Assembly (NCBI GenBank): GCA_027923505.1
Contig: BROI01000020.1
Span: 248,001 to 312,000, forward strand
From: Mayamaea pseudoterrestris
Taxonomy: Eukaryota
Direction of reading: 5' to 3'
Length of the DNA stretch: 64,000 nucleotides
The translations under genes and the position numbers were made by a program. Below are positions 21,741-32,456 of this stretch, one piece after another. Under the pieces are notes generated by a model, which was given only the letters and a program-made list of their open reading frames with translations, was not told the DNA's origin and ran no database searches. Numbering within the stretch: position 1 is the stretch's first letter; each line of letters starts with the position of its first letter.

Positions 21741-23369
21741 TTAATCGCTTCTCGCCTTGATCACGAAGTTACAATCCTCCGGAAAAATGGTCGGAAAGTA
21801 GACAAACTCGTCGGCGGTAGGACGACGTCCAGTGCGATGAAAATCATACTCTTGCGCAACTACTGCCAAAAAGACATTGAGCAGTGACTCAGCATACTTC
21901 CTTCCGGGACACTTGTGTTGGCCACCTCCAAACGTCACCGTCTTGACAAACTGCGAGTCCTGATCCTCGCGCTCGGGTAAAAACTCGATACTTGCTCCAC
22001 TCGCACGAGCAGAGTACTGAATTGATGGAATAGCGACGCATCCCTTGGGCAAAGCATGACCGCCTAGCATGGCTGGCTTCTTGGTAATGTGAGGAATCAT
22101 TGGAACGGGCGGCTTGTGGTGCAAAAGCTGATTTGCAACCTTGGCAAGGTAGGGCAAGCCATCCACTGCACGCGACTGGCTCCAAATTTCTCCCTTTCCA
22201 CACTTGTCATCAACTTCCTGCCGGAGCCTTGTCAAAACATCTCGACGCGCATCCAGCACATCCACCGACGCTGCAAGAGCCGAGTTGGTTGCATCCTGCG
22301 CGGCAAACATAAAGTCAAGCACTGATCGAGCCAAATCATTATCCTTGCACTGAGGCACCTCATGCGGCTCACACCCAAGCTCCTTGGCAGCGTCAATAAT
22401 GCTTTTGCACCAGTGCTCAATCATGCAGCGCGGTTCATTGCCAGCCGCAATATAAGCACGCGCCTTGGGAACAATCTCCTTGACGGTCTTTTCAATGCGA
22501 TGCTTGGCCTGAATGGCTTTGCTCAGTCCAAAAAAGTACGGAAACGGAAAGCAGAGAAAGCCCATGGTAAAGGTGAGTATGTCACGCTCCAAGTGGCTAC
22601 GAATCTCATCCGTTAGATAAGGCCCAATGAATGATTCCTGCGACGATGCGGCAGCCATGCTGCGAAAGGAATTTTTCAAGTCAATCGGCTTGCCGGAAGC
22701 AGTGCACTGCTCCTTGTATTTGATCATGTAGGCTCGCACGACGCGTTCCTGCGCCTGCGCGTACTGGGCCAAGGCCTCGCTGGAGAAGAGTGCCGGCGTC
22801 AAAATGGCGCGAAACTTTTTGTGCGGTTCCCTGTCAAGGTAAATGAGATTATCTGGATCAAAGAGCCAAAGAGCATTTGGATGGGCGTATACACCAAACG
22901 ATCCTTCTCCCGTCAAAATGTCTCGACAGAGTTGCGGATCGGTGCAAAACACCATAAAGTTGCTCACCAACAAGTTGGTACACATGCCAGCTTCTGATTC
23001 CATGGCAATGTCAGCCATTTCTGCCCAGAAACGCGTCGGTTTGATGATCATGGCAATCAGCGACACAAAAGGTAAGGTGTAGGGGACACCCGGAAGGCTT
23101 CCTTTGTAGTAGTAATACTTGGCGGCATCCATTGCAATCAGTGTCAGTGAGATCTTGATTACCATGGGAGGAATGACAAAGAGTTTGTACATTAAAAAGA
23201 GGAAACCAAAGGTATACACATTGAGCTCATGATGAAAGGTATGAAATCGTTTTTGCTTTGGAGCAATGCTCTCCTGTTGGCCGTTTGCAGCAGCAAGCTT
23301 GGGTGAGGGCTGCTCAATCGTCTCGTTAACGAGAGAAGCGTCCGTTGGCGTTTGAGCGCGAGGAGCCAT
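21741..23369 (-). CDS. Cytochrome P450, CYP710/CYP61 (sterol C-22 desaturase)-like
   Basis: I-helix DFMFAAQDATNS (CYP710-type), heme motif FGGGQHKCPG and N-terminal TM helices; likely ATG at 23369. Confidence 0.8.
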   Translation of the reverse strand: MAPRAQTPTDASLVNETIEQPSPKLAAANGQQESIAPKQKRFHTFHHELNVYTFGFLFLMYKLFVIPPMVIKISLTLIAMDAAKYYYYKGSLPGVPYTLPFVSLIAMIIKPTRFWAEMADIAMESEAGMCTNLLVSNFMVFCTDPQLCRDILTGEGSFGVYAHPNALWLFDPDNLIYLDREPHKKFRAILTPALFSSEALAQYAQAQERVVRAYMIKYKEQCTASGKPIDLKNSFRSMAAASSQESFIGPYLTDEIRSHLERDILTFTMGFLCFPFPYFFGLSKAIQAKHRIEKTVKEIVPKARAYIAAGNEPRCMIEHWCKSIIDAAKELGCEPHEVPQCKDNDLARSVLDFMFAAQDATNSALAASVDVLDARRDVLTRLRQEVDDKCGKGEIWSQSRAVDGLPYLAKVANQLLHHKPPVPMIPHITKKPAMLGGHALPKGCVAIPSIQYSARASGASIEFLPEREDQDSQFVKTVTFGGGQHKCPGRKYAESLLNVFLAVVAQEYDFHRTGRRPTADEFVYFPTIFPEDCNFVIKARSD

Positions 23370-23793
23370 GACTACCGGTACTTGAAGCCGTATAATGTAG
23401 CGAGATGAGTCTACTCTTTTAGATTGATAGCGAGGCGAAAGAGCTTTTGTTCTTTTTGCTTCCCATGGTTGATCCAAGGATGTGGTTGCAGCTTCCGAGG
23501 CCAACGTCGTCGTCCCTCGCTGGCGTCATCGCAGCAAACAATGCTGTCACACTGTTACTGTCTGTTCGTACTGTATGCCGGTACGACGTTTTGAAACGCG
23601 GGCGCACAGAAACGAGGCCATGGCAAATCTGCCGCACGTTTCACATCAGCCCTCCAGAATTGATCGCAAGGCAACTCGCAAGCGAAAACAAGAGTTGCGT
23701 ACGCTGTTTCGGCCAGATTCACCATTGCTTTGGTGATATAGGAGACGCCATTGACAGCCAACTACTTGAAGATTCCATACCAGCAGCAACACC

Positions 23794-25209
23794 ATGTCTC
23801 GTTTGATTCAACAACCCATCAATCAAGTCAAGCTCACCAATGTGGCCGTCGTCAAGCTGCAGTTGCAAGGCAAGCGATTCGAAGTTGCTTGCTATCGCAA
23901 CAAGATTATGGATTATCGCAGCGGTCACGAGACGGACATTTCCGAAGTGCTGCAAGCCGATCGCGTTTTCACCAACGTGAGCAAGGGACAATTCGCCAAG
24001 ACGCAAGACTTGCGCCAAGTGTTTGACACGACGGACCAACAAGTGATTGTCAAGATTATTTTGAATCACCCCAAATCGATTGTTCAAGTGTCGGACAAGG
24101 AGCGGGAGCTCCAGCAGGCGGACTCGCTGGCGCGCATTTCTACGTGGATGGCCAACCACTGCGTGCATTCGGAAACGCAGCAGCCCTACACGGTGTTGCA
24201 GATTCAGAGTGCACTTGCTTCGAGCGGATACAATGTGCAGCCCCATAAAGCGTTGAAGAAGCAGTATTTGGATGCATTAAAGTATTTGAAGCAAATGAAT
24301 GTGTTGGATATTGAGCGTGCGAAAATGGAGCTTTTGTTGGCTTGCACCCATGAGGAGCAGGATTCAGTCATGGCAGCGCTCCAGAAAATGGAACCACCAG
24401 TGATGATTCTCATGGTGGAGCGACTGGAGCAATCGACGAATGCAACTGCGACGAAGAGTGATGCATTGTTTGTCATTCGCATGCAGGTTGATCCGTCGCT
24501 GTATCGAAACCTTGATCAGCTGGTGCAGTCCATCAAGGGAGGAAAGCTGGAAATTGTGCACCAACAAGTGGTGACGGATGTGAATGCAAACGTTGCTCAG
24601 CAGGGCAAACGTTCTAACGAAAGAGGTAACGACGTGCGCGCGACAACGTCCTCCGGAGCTGCAAACGCAAACGAGAGTGACAAGCTCAAGCAGCAACGCG
24701 ACAAGGACGCAGAAAGCAGCTCGGTCAGCAGCAGTGACTCGGAATTGGAAAACACTGAGCAAAGAATGGCAGGAGTGTCTCTTCGAAATGATGATAATGC
24801 TAGTGCAAGCGACGATTCAGAATCGGAAAAGGAGGAAACTATCGTTCCAGTGTCGCGCAAGCAGCTTCGGCAGCAACAAAAGAAGCATTCAAAAATGTCT
24901 AAGCGTCAGCAGGAAGCAGTGGATGAAGAGGATGCAGATTCATCGGATAAAACTGCGCCAGAATCTACCACTAATCGCGTAAATTACACTTTGGCCAGTA
25001 CCACAGCGGCTACGTCAACTGACCCAGATGCCAAGAGTTGCAACACTTGCGGCGGATCATTTCCCAGCGCTGCTGCATATCGCACTCACTTTAAATCAGA
25101 TTGGCACCGCTTCAACCAAAAGCTAAAGCTGCAGGGACTGCCACCGGTGTCGGAGCAAGAGTTTGATCTAGTTGATGCTGATGCCTTTTTCGCGGAGAAT
25201 TTGTCGTGA
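23794..25209 (+). CDS. SBDS: Ribosome maturation factor SBDS/Sdo1 with C-terminal C2H2 zinc finger
   Basis: QVKLTNVAVVK...RFEVACYRNK...EVLQ...VFTNVSKG, and C-terminal CNTC...HFKSDWHRFN. Confidence 0.93.
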   Translation: MSRLIQQPINQVKLTNVAVVKLQLQGKRFEVACYRNKIMDYRSGHETDISEVLQADRVFTNVSKGQFAKTQDLRQVFDTTDQQVIVKIILNHPKSIVQVSDKERELQQADSLARISTWMANHCVHSETQQPYTVLQIQSALASSGYNVQPHKALKKQYLDALKYLKQMNVLDIERAKMELLLACTHEEQDSVMAALQKMEPPVMILMVERLEQSTNATATKSDALFVIRMQVDPSLYRNLDQLVQSIKGGKLEIVHQQVVTDVNANVAQQGKRSNERGNDVRATTSSGAANANESDKLKQQRDKDAESSSVSSSDSELENTEQRMAGVSLRNDDNASASDDSESEKEETIVPVSRKQLRQQQKKHSKMSKRQQEAVDEEDADSSDKTAPESTTNRVNYTLASTTAATSTDPDAKSCNTCGGSFPSAAAYRTHFKSDWHRFNQKLKLQGLPPVSEQEFDLVDADAFFAENLS

Positions 25210-25370
25210 TAGTTGCAAAACGGATGCGTTGGTCCTACTTTATAGTGGATTTGAAATTGATCAATATGTAAAGAATATATGGTTCTTGTTATCGTATTTT
25301 CTATTTGTGGCTAACAGATGCACCCAATAGTGCAGATGATTTGTGTACAGACATCAATCCATTGAATAAT

Positions 25371-27725
25371 CTATACTTGCGCGTGCCGTTGTTGGTAGTG
25401 GTGTTGTTGCTGTTGTTGCTGCTGCTGTTGCTGCGCATCGTCAAAGTTCAAATCGGATAAACTTACATCCAATCCGGTCAAAAGAGTCTCAAGTTGCCCG
25501 TCTTCTAGCTCACCTATACTGGAGAAGCGGCCGCTCGCGCGTGACTTGAATGTGGGAACTTCGAACGAGCCTACCGGCTGTATTTGCGATGGCTGCGCGT
25601 ACGTTTGAGCTTGGGCGCCGCCATTGAATGAAGGTGGCAATGGCGTCGGCTGCATGGCCGCTGCATCCACTTGCATTCTATCCAACTGCGCTGCTATTGA
25701 TGCAATCGGTGCACTCGGCATGACGGCATGGTATGTTTCAAAGTATGGTTGGGGCTGAACTTGCGGCGGTCCTAAATGTAGATTTCGCATTGCTCCAATC
25801 GCGTCCATTCCCATGGAAATGCCTGCTTGCCCATTTGGATCCATGGGCCTCATCGTTGGATACGCGTGTAGTGTTGCTTGTTGTTCATGCCGCTGCTGCG
25901 CTTCGACCGCCGCTTTCGCCAGCAGCTGCCTCTGCAAAATAGCCAGCATGCCGCCGTCGTCCTCGTCCTCATCCACAGAAGCAACGTGCTGCGCATGTTC
26001 AGCAAGCTCATCCGATTCACCATTGTCTTCATACCATGCATCATTACTATTATTATGTAAATTGAAAGACCCACTGAAACTCTTGCTGCTTGCATACGTT
26101 TCTTCCAAATCGCCCCGTCGAGCTTGTCGCCGCGGTGGCGGTGGCATGATATCCTGCGACGGCGTTTGCGACGTGCTGAATCGTCGACTATACGGCGCGT
26201 CACCGTAGTGACTGTAGTGGCCGCTACCGCCGCCTTCGCCGTATGCGTCTCGCCCCGAAGATGCCCGCATCATTGCTGGCGGAGCGGTATCAAAGTTGGC
26301 TTCGGCGAAACGATCTCGCTGCTGCTTGACTACCGCGGAACCCGAGTTCTTGTTCAACATGTTGGTGGTGAGGCTTCGAATCTTGCTGGTCAAACCCTGT
26401 CGCTGTTTTCGTCGTTGTAACGAGGCGACAGCCGCAGACCGCAATTTTGCATCCTGCTGAATGGATGGAGGCGAGTTGCTGGTTGCGGATGTTCCATGTA
26501 CTGCTTTTGATACCGTCACGGGCGCCCGGCTCAATGGCACGTCACGACTCTGAAATGGATTCTTGAGTCTCAGCAACGAGGGGCGCCTGGTGGTATTTGT
26601 TGCCGTCGGTTTCGCAGCCACCACTGGAGAATCAGGCGCTGCATCTGGATCAAGAAGTCGCATCAAACCCAGCTTGGCAGCAGGTTTATCCAACAATTGC
26701 CACTGCGGCTTGGATTGGTTCGATTGAAACTCCTGCTGCTGCGCCAAAAATCGCCCGCCCCAAAATTCTGTCACGGTCTGATGCAACTCATCCAACATTG
26801 ATTGTCGTTGTTCTTCGCTGCCTGTCTTAAATGGTTGTTCCTTGATGCTAATCAATACATTGAGTCTATTATTGCCGGCATGGTTGATGGCATCCGTGTC
26901 GTTGGTTGCCAATACAAGTGCTGATTGCTTGGCATCAAACACAACATCCAACGGTTCCACGGCATTCACCGTCACTGGAGATGCCTTGCCTTCTACCTCC
27001 ATTTCTTCCTCGTGCATCTGACTACTTGCAGCAGCACTACCAAAGAGTGCCTTCAAATTCGCAAGGGACTTTTTCATGGATAACTTTTGTCCATCGTCCG
27101 TGACGGATCGACGCAGCAGCGATGATCGTCGGCGACGCTTCTTGGCGTCATCCTGTGACTCGATCTTACCAACGACAGGCTCAGTTGCAGCAGCAGCAAC
27201 AGCAGCAGTTGACACTTTATCACTGTTAATTGCAATTGTTGAAAAAGGTGCACTCGTCGTTGCTTGCTCCGCTGCCGCCGCCGCAACATTTTCTTGCACC
27301 TTGGCAGGCGGTGAGAGCAAGAGGCTCCGCACAAAGTTTTGCGCCAGCTGCGGAGACAGTTCTAACCCAAGCGGTAACTGCTCGGCTTCATCATGTTCAT
27401 TATTTTCGTGATTGATCAAAACAAACTTGGCTTGATAGTCGCGAGACATGACAGTGACAATCTCCTCGGCGGACTTGTCATAGTCTTGACTAGTACTATT
27501 TGCTGCTGCTGCAGATAGCTGCGAAACGTAAAGGTCGCAAAGTACCTGGAGGCGATTGCTTCCAATGTAGGTCAAGCCAGAGCTCAAGACAAAGGGGCAA
27601 CTACCGGTAGTATGCGATTCTTCAATGTGAAATTGCCGCCGCTGCGTCACCAAAACGTCGCGCTTGGTGTACGAGCAGCTCGGCAGAAGCGACAGCTCGT
27701 CGGTGACGCTGCTGCTGTTGCTCAT
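25371..27725 (-). CDS. Diatom-type DUF6824-like domain protein with low-complexity, polyQ C-terminus
   Basis: 784-aa ORF with NHAGNNRLNVLI...WGGRFL, a degenerate YIGSNRL copy and terminal polyQ. Confidence 0.65.
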   Translation of the reverse strand: MSNSSSVTDELSLLPSCSYTKRDVLVTQRRQFHIEESHTTGSCPFVLSSGLTYIGSNRLQVLCDLYVSQLSAAAANSTSQDYDKSAEEIVTVMSRDYQAKFVLINHENNEHDEAEQLPLGLELSPQLAQNFVRSLLLSPPAKVQENVAAAAAEQATTSAPFSTIAINSDKVSTAAVAAAATEPVVGKIESQDDAKKRRRRSSLLRRSVTDDGQKLSMKKSLANLKALFGSAAASSQMHEEEMEVEGKASPVTVNAVEPLDVVFDAKQSALVLATNDTDAINHAGNNRLNVLISIKEQPFKTGSEEQRQSMLDELHQTVTEFWGGRFLAQQQEFQSNQSKPQWQLLDKPAAKLGLMRLLDPDAAPDSPVVAAKPTATNTTRRPSLLRLKNPFQSRDVPLSRAPVTVSKAVHGTSATSNSPPSIQQDAKLRSAAVASLQRRKQRQGLTSKIRSLTTNMLNKNSGSAVVKQQRDRFAEANFDTAPPAMMRASSGRDAYGEGGGSGHYSHYGDAPYSRRFSTSQTPSQDIMPPPPRRQARRGDLEETYASSKSFSGSFNLHNNSNDAWYEDNGESDELAEHAQHVASVDEDEDDGGMLAILQRQLLAKAAVEAQQRHEQQATLHAYPTMRPMDPNGQAGISMGMDAIGAMRNLHLGPPQVQPQPYFETYHAVMPSAPIASIAAQLDRMQVDAAAMQPTPLPPSFNGGAQAQTYAQPSQIQPVGSFEVPTFKSRASGRFSSIGELEDGQLETLLTGLDVSLSDLNFDDAQQQQQQQQQQHHYQQRHAQV

Positions 27726-27826
27726 GTTTTGTAAATCTATAAAGGTCGAAACGGCAATAGGTGGGTTTCGAGACGGAGGAATTGCTTCACCTCATTGCTG
27801 CTTGCGTTGCGCGACTATCCTCTTTA

Positions 27827-28657
27827 GGCGCGAAATTAGCGGGCGTGTTTCACGTGTTTCGTCGTGTTTTGTGCACAAAAACCCGGATATTCCGATCCCT
27901 AACTTTCTCCACGCCGTGTTTGGTGCACGACGCCATGGTGTTTCGTCAGCAATCCGTGTTTCATGTGTTTCGTCGCCAGTTCTCCATGGTCTAGCTTGAT
28001 CCCGCACCTGCAACCCACCAAAAACCACTTGCACTATATCTAGTGACTATTGTTCATCATAATGGTGCAAAATTGCGACAGGAATCTGAGTTTTGGTCAT
28101 GCTGGAACGATTCTTCCAAATGACTAAAGCACCTCGATATAAACACTACAACAACTTTGGCGTACACAATAATATCGGGCTGTCACTCGCCCATTATATC
28201 AATTACATATTAAATGGTCTATTGCGATCGTTTCAGCCAAAAACATGCATGTTAAGGCTGTCGCGTCGACGATTGAAGATTAGAGCAATTTGTACCCCGT
28301 TCAAATGGAAACGCCTCATTCACTCAATTTTGGTCCCGCGGCAATAATTCCAACGGAATCATATTGCCAGCTTTCTGCTTGTCATCATGATGTATCGCTG
28401 GTTGCAATGGAATGCCTCCTTGGTCCCGCAAATCTGCCGTAAACATGACGATGGCGTAGATTCCATCAAACCAACCCGGAAGTTTCCGTCGCGCTTCCTC
28501 GGCACGACGGGTCTATTTAAGAATGATAGCGTTAAGGTTTTGATGACGTGGGACGAAACACCAAACACGCGTCGCTAGCCTTGCTCGTGCTTTGTGATTG
28601 GTGGTTGGTGCACAAAACACGACGAAACACGTGAAACACGCCCGCTAATTTCGCGCC
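27827..28657. mobile_element. PIF/Harbinger (Tourist-like) MITE, 831 bp
   Basis: Perfect 50-bp TIRs (27827-27876 and 28608-28657; GGCGCGAAATTAGCGGGCGTGTTTCACGTGTTTCGTCGTGTTTTGTGCAC), TTA TSD at 27824-27826 and 28658-28660, subterminal GTGTTT repeats, no transposase. Confidence 0.92.
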
Positions 28658-28959
28658 TTAACGGCGGTGTCATACCGGTTGTCACGATGAATAGGTGCTG
28701 AGCCTTCGTCACCACGCGAGCAAAGGTTCGTATTCAAGATCCGAAACAGGAAGAGTTCGTATCCACGATTCCGATTCTTTTCTTGGTTCAAGTACGTTTG
28801 TTTCATTTGCGGAGCTTCGATGAGCGAACTCTCGCCGTTTGGAGGCGATCGAATGTCAACGACATGTGAGATGATTTGCCTACTACTATAGCTTCTTGAC
28901 ATCAAGGCAACAGTGTATTTCAAAAAGGGTTCATTGCCGCAGTAAGAAGCAGAAGAACC

Positions 28960-30723
28960 ATGCGAGGCTATCATTCCGCATCGTTCCTTTTCCTGCGAGC
29001 GTCGTCTGCTGCAATACTTGCCAACGCATTGACACTGCACCAAAAACCGTTTCAAGCCAATACTCAGCGTTTTCCAAGGTTGCCCTTCACCGTGCTGCAA
29101 TGCAGCCAAACGAATGATAGTTTCGATGCTGTTGAAGTGTCGCAGGCGCAGTTGCAACAAACGATGGAGCAAGCAGGTTTGCTTGAAAAAAGTGACAACC
29201 GCGACAGCCTCATGGCTCGTTACCAAAAGGAAACTGTTAAGACGTTGAAGCAAGCATTGGAAGAGAGGAAATTGCCTCGGCACGGTCTAAAGGCGGATTT
29301 GGTGAGCCGTCTCGTGGATCATGACTTGCAACAGCAACCATTTGTCGACGACGCAGCGACTCTTACACTTGCGAAGGAGGACGAAGTTCCCGACGTGACG
29401 CCAAACTCTGTCGATACGAATCATCTTTTTAGTACGTTAAAGCAAAAGCTACATGCCGATTTGATGCGACAATCATCTAAAGACTTAAAGGAGCAATTGC
29501 TGTCAAAGGAAATGCCAATATCACTGTCGAAACTGAAGAAGGACGAACTAGCACAGCATTTGACAAATTTGGAGCTCATGGAAAACATTCAAGTGGCTTC
29601 ATATTTGTGTAACGATGAGGACGAGTCTGATCGAGAGGAGGGAAGAAGTCTGAGTGTCATGACTGGTATCACCAACAACGTCTCAATTTTTGAGCCTGGC
29701 AAGCTTCCTTTGGAGTTTGTCATGACAGCGATTGAACACTTTCGAAAGGAAAGATTGATCAATAGATGGTATCTTTATAGACTGCTTGAAAGCTGTCAAA
29801 AATACTTTAGTCAGCAACCAAGCCTTTTGGAAATATCGCTTCCCAAAGCTCCACCGCAGCATGATCCTAAAGCAAAACCACGCATTACTGTTTGCGGGGA
29901 TGTCCATGGGCAATTTTACGACGTGTTGCATATATTTGAGTTGAATGGCTATCCGCATCGCAACAATCCATACGTGTTCAATGGAGACTTTGTCGATCGG
30001 GGTGCCTTTAGTGTGGAAGTCATTACGACCTTACTCATGTTCAAGCTCTATGATCCCGACTGCATCCATTTGATACGCGGCAATCATGAAACAAGGGGGG
30101 TGAATACACGTGAGTTTGGATTTTCGCCGTGAGCAAGTCCCGTCTCTAATTTCGCCATTCGTAGCACTCACTTTTATTTGCTCGCGCACACAGATTATGG
30201 TTTCTATGATGAGGTATCTCAAAAATACAACGACCTCACTCCTCAACGCTATAACGAAGTCTTTGACTGGCTATCACCCGCGGCCGTGATTAACAAGAAG
30301 GTTTTTGTTGTGCATGGCGGTATACCGACGAATGAAACAATCAAGCTAAAAGACATTCGAAAAATTCAACGCGGAACGGATCGCGGAAGACTCATGTTTC
30401 AGCTACTATGGAACGATCCCATGGAGCAGCCGGGGGTCGCTCGATCGGGTCGAGGTTATAGTGCCGCGGAGCGATTTGGCCCAGACGTGACGGCCGCGTT
30501 TCTGAAGCGCAACAAGTTGGCGTTGCTGGTGCGATCACACGAGGTTCGCATGGATGGCTACTCGGTGGAGCATGATGGCAAGACGATAACAGTATTTAGC
30601 GCGCCAAACTACTGTGACAGGGTAGGCAACAAGGGAGCTTTCATTCATTTTGACAAGACGCTGCAACCAGCCTTTACGCAGTTTGACAGCGTGCCGCATC
30701 CGCAATCAAAGTTTGAAATGTAA
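28960..30723 (+). CDS. PP5-like PPP Ser/Thr phosphatase with N-terminal SAP domain(s)
   Basis: GDVHGQ, GDFVDRG, RGNHE and FSAPNYCDRVGNKGAFIHF...VPHP; SAP motif TVKTLKQALEERKLPRHGLKADLVSRL; intron 30110-30193. Confidence 0.85.
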
Positions 30724-31072
30724 TTGACCTTCGTACACTCTATGTCTACCTATTCAATATTTTTTGTTAGATATATCTCCAACATTATGAGCTGTCAATA
30801 TTCTATTAACTTGCATAGCAGTGATCAAGACGCATTGGCCGTAATCGCCACCGCGAGTACTTTGCGTTGCGCTAATGTGATCTGATGCATCTCAGGTAGC
30901 TAAATTTTCCATTAGTCGTCTCGGTACTGAAAGTGTACATCAAACGCCACTGTGTTTCCACGCTTCCAATGACAGACCCTTCGCATCTCGTTTGAGCGAG
31001 CATAGCCTCCCACACACTTTCTTTCGATTCTACGGTAGTCTGCTAACTGACTATATAAGACAATATACAATC

Positions 31073-32350
31073 ATGGCTGCAACATTGCATGGAACGGATA
31101 TTCGGAAGATATTGACCGAGCCTGGTCCAGTCGTCAAGGCCGTATTGCTCAAGCACATGGCTGCGTCTGGCAAGGATGAGCATCCCTCACTTGCCTGCCA
31201 GGACAAGGACGCAACTGCCAGCGAGCATAGTCATCGCCTCGTCCTGCCGCACATGATTGACGAGATTGAGCTCGACACGACGCCGTCCAAGCAGCAAGTC
31301 AAACAGGTGCTGGGCGGACCGTGGACCTTTCTCGGTCAATATGAGGAGGAAGGCATTGTCATTATGATGCGACAGCCAATTCCTGGGACTGACGATGATG
31401 ATAATAGTGAAAGCGAGAATGAAGAAGAAGTCGTTGACATTCTCGAGACGCTCTCGTTGGAGCAGCTGCAAAATCTCTGCAGCGAATACTTTGTCGAAGT
31501 CGACAATGACGCGGCTGCGAAACCATCTACTGCTGCTGGTACAGACGACTCGGAGGCAACCAAGCAAACGTTGATCAAGGCTTTGCAGGCTGCTCGAGAA
31601 ACCATGGCCTCGCAAGTCAATCCGCACAAGCTGCAGCCGCCTTTTGATGAAGTTGTCATTCACGGAGACTTGCTCCTGCTGCGAGTCGCCGAGACGGACG
31701 AGGTTCTGGACAAGGATGACGAGGATGAAGATGAAAACGGCGACGAAGAAGCAAACACTAAGCCAGCAAAGGACCTTACAGTCTTGTCCAACCAAGAATT
31801 CTTTCTCGACTACACCAAGGATGAGTATATTGCGTTTGCATCACGGACCGACGTCGTTGCACCCGAGCCGCCAGAGCATTCCGATGAAGAAGAGGACGAG
31901 GAAGAAGAAGAAGACGAAGATGACGACGACGAGGAGGAAGGTGATGAAGACGATGGCGACGAGGATGAAGCGTTTGAGCTGGGCGATGACGGCGACCGGG
32001 AGGGGTTGCTTAATTTGCTCATGAATGAGGTTTTGCGCAAGTTTCGCGAAGACAATGGCCGAGGCCCAAACTCGGAGGAAGTTCTTGCCATGCGAAGCGC
32101 CGTGGCGGAAAAGCTGGGAGTGCAAGTGGTAACAACGCTTCCTGAGGAAAGCAATGAAACTGCAAACAAGCGGGCAGCATCCGAAGCCAGTGGAGATACG
32201 AAACGTGTTAAGTTCTCTGCGTCATTCGAAAAGGACGACGACGAGGATGACGCAGCCGCTGAGGAGAGACAAGAAGCCGATGAAATTGTCAACGAAGTAG
32301 AGGCGACTGAAGAAAAGGCAGGCGACGGAGGCGAAGAAGATAAGTCGTGA
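31073..32350 (+). CDS. Acidic hypothetical protein
   Basis: Long ORF with D/E tracts; ATG at 31073; no family recognised. Confidence 0.75.
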   Translation: MAATLHGTDIRKILTEPGPVVKAVLLKHMAASGKDEHPSLACQDKDATASEHSHRLVLPHMIDEIELDTTPSKQQVKQVLGGPWTFLGQYEEEGIVIMMRQPIPGTDDDDNSESENEEEVVDILETLSLEQLQNLCSEYFVEVDNDAAAKPSTAAGTDDSEATKQTLIKALQAARETMASQVNPHKLQPPFDEVVIHGDLLLLRVAETDEVLDKDDEDEDENGDEEANTKPAKDLTVLSNQEFFLDYTKDEYIAFASRTDVVAPEPPEHSDEEEDEEEEEDEDDDDEEEGDEDDGDEDEAFELGDDGDREGLLNLLMNEVLRKFREDNGRGPNSEEVLAMRSAVAEKLGVQVVTTLPEESNETANKRAASEASGDTKRVKFSASFEKDDDEDDAAAEERQEADEIVNEVEATEEKAGDGGEEDKS

Positions 32351-32456
32351 AAACCCGTTCAAATGTAGCTCGCACGTGCTTTGGTATTCATCCTAATTCT
32401 GTAGCAAACGATACACGGCATAACAACAATACAATTATAAACAAGCGTGTTCTTAG

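Noticed and set aside
24990..25209. Zinc finger fused to SBDS
   Set aside because: Already known for plant and protist SBDS proteins.
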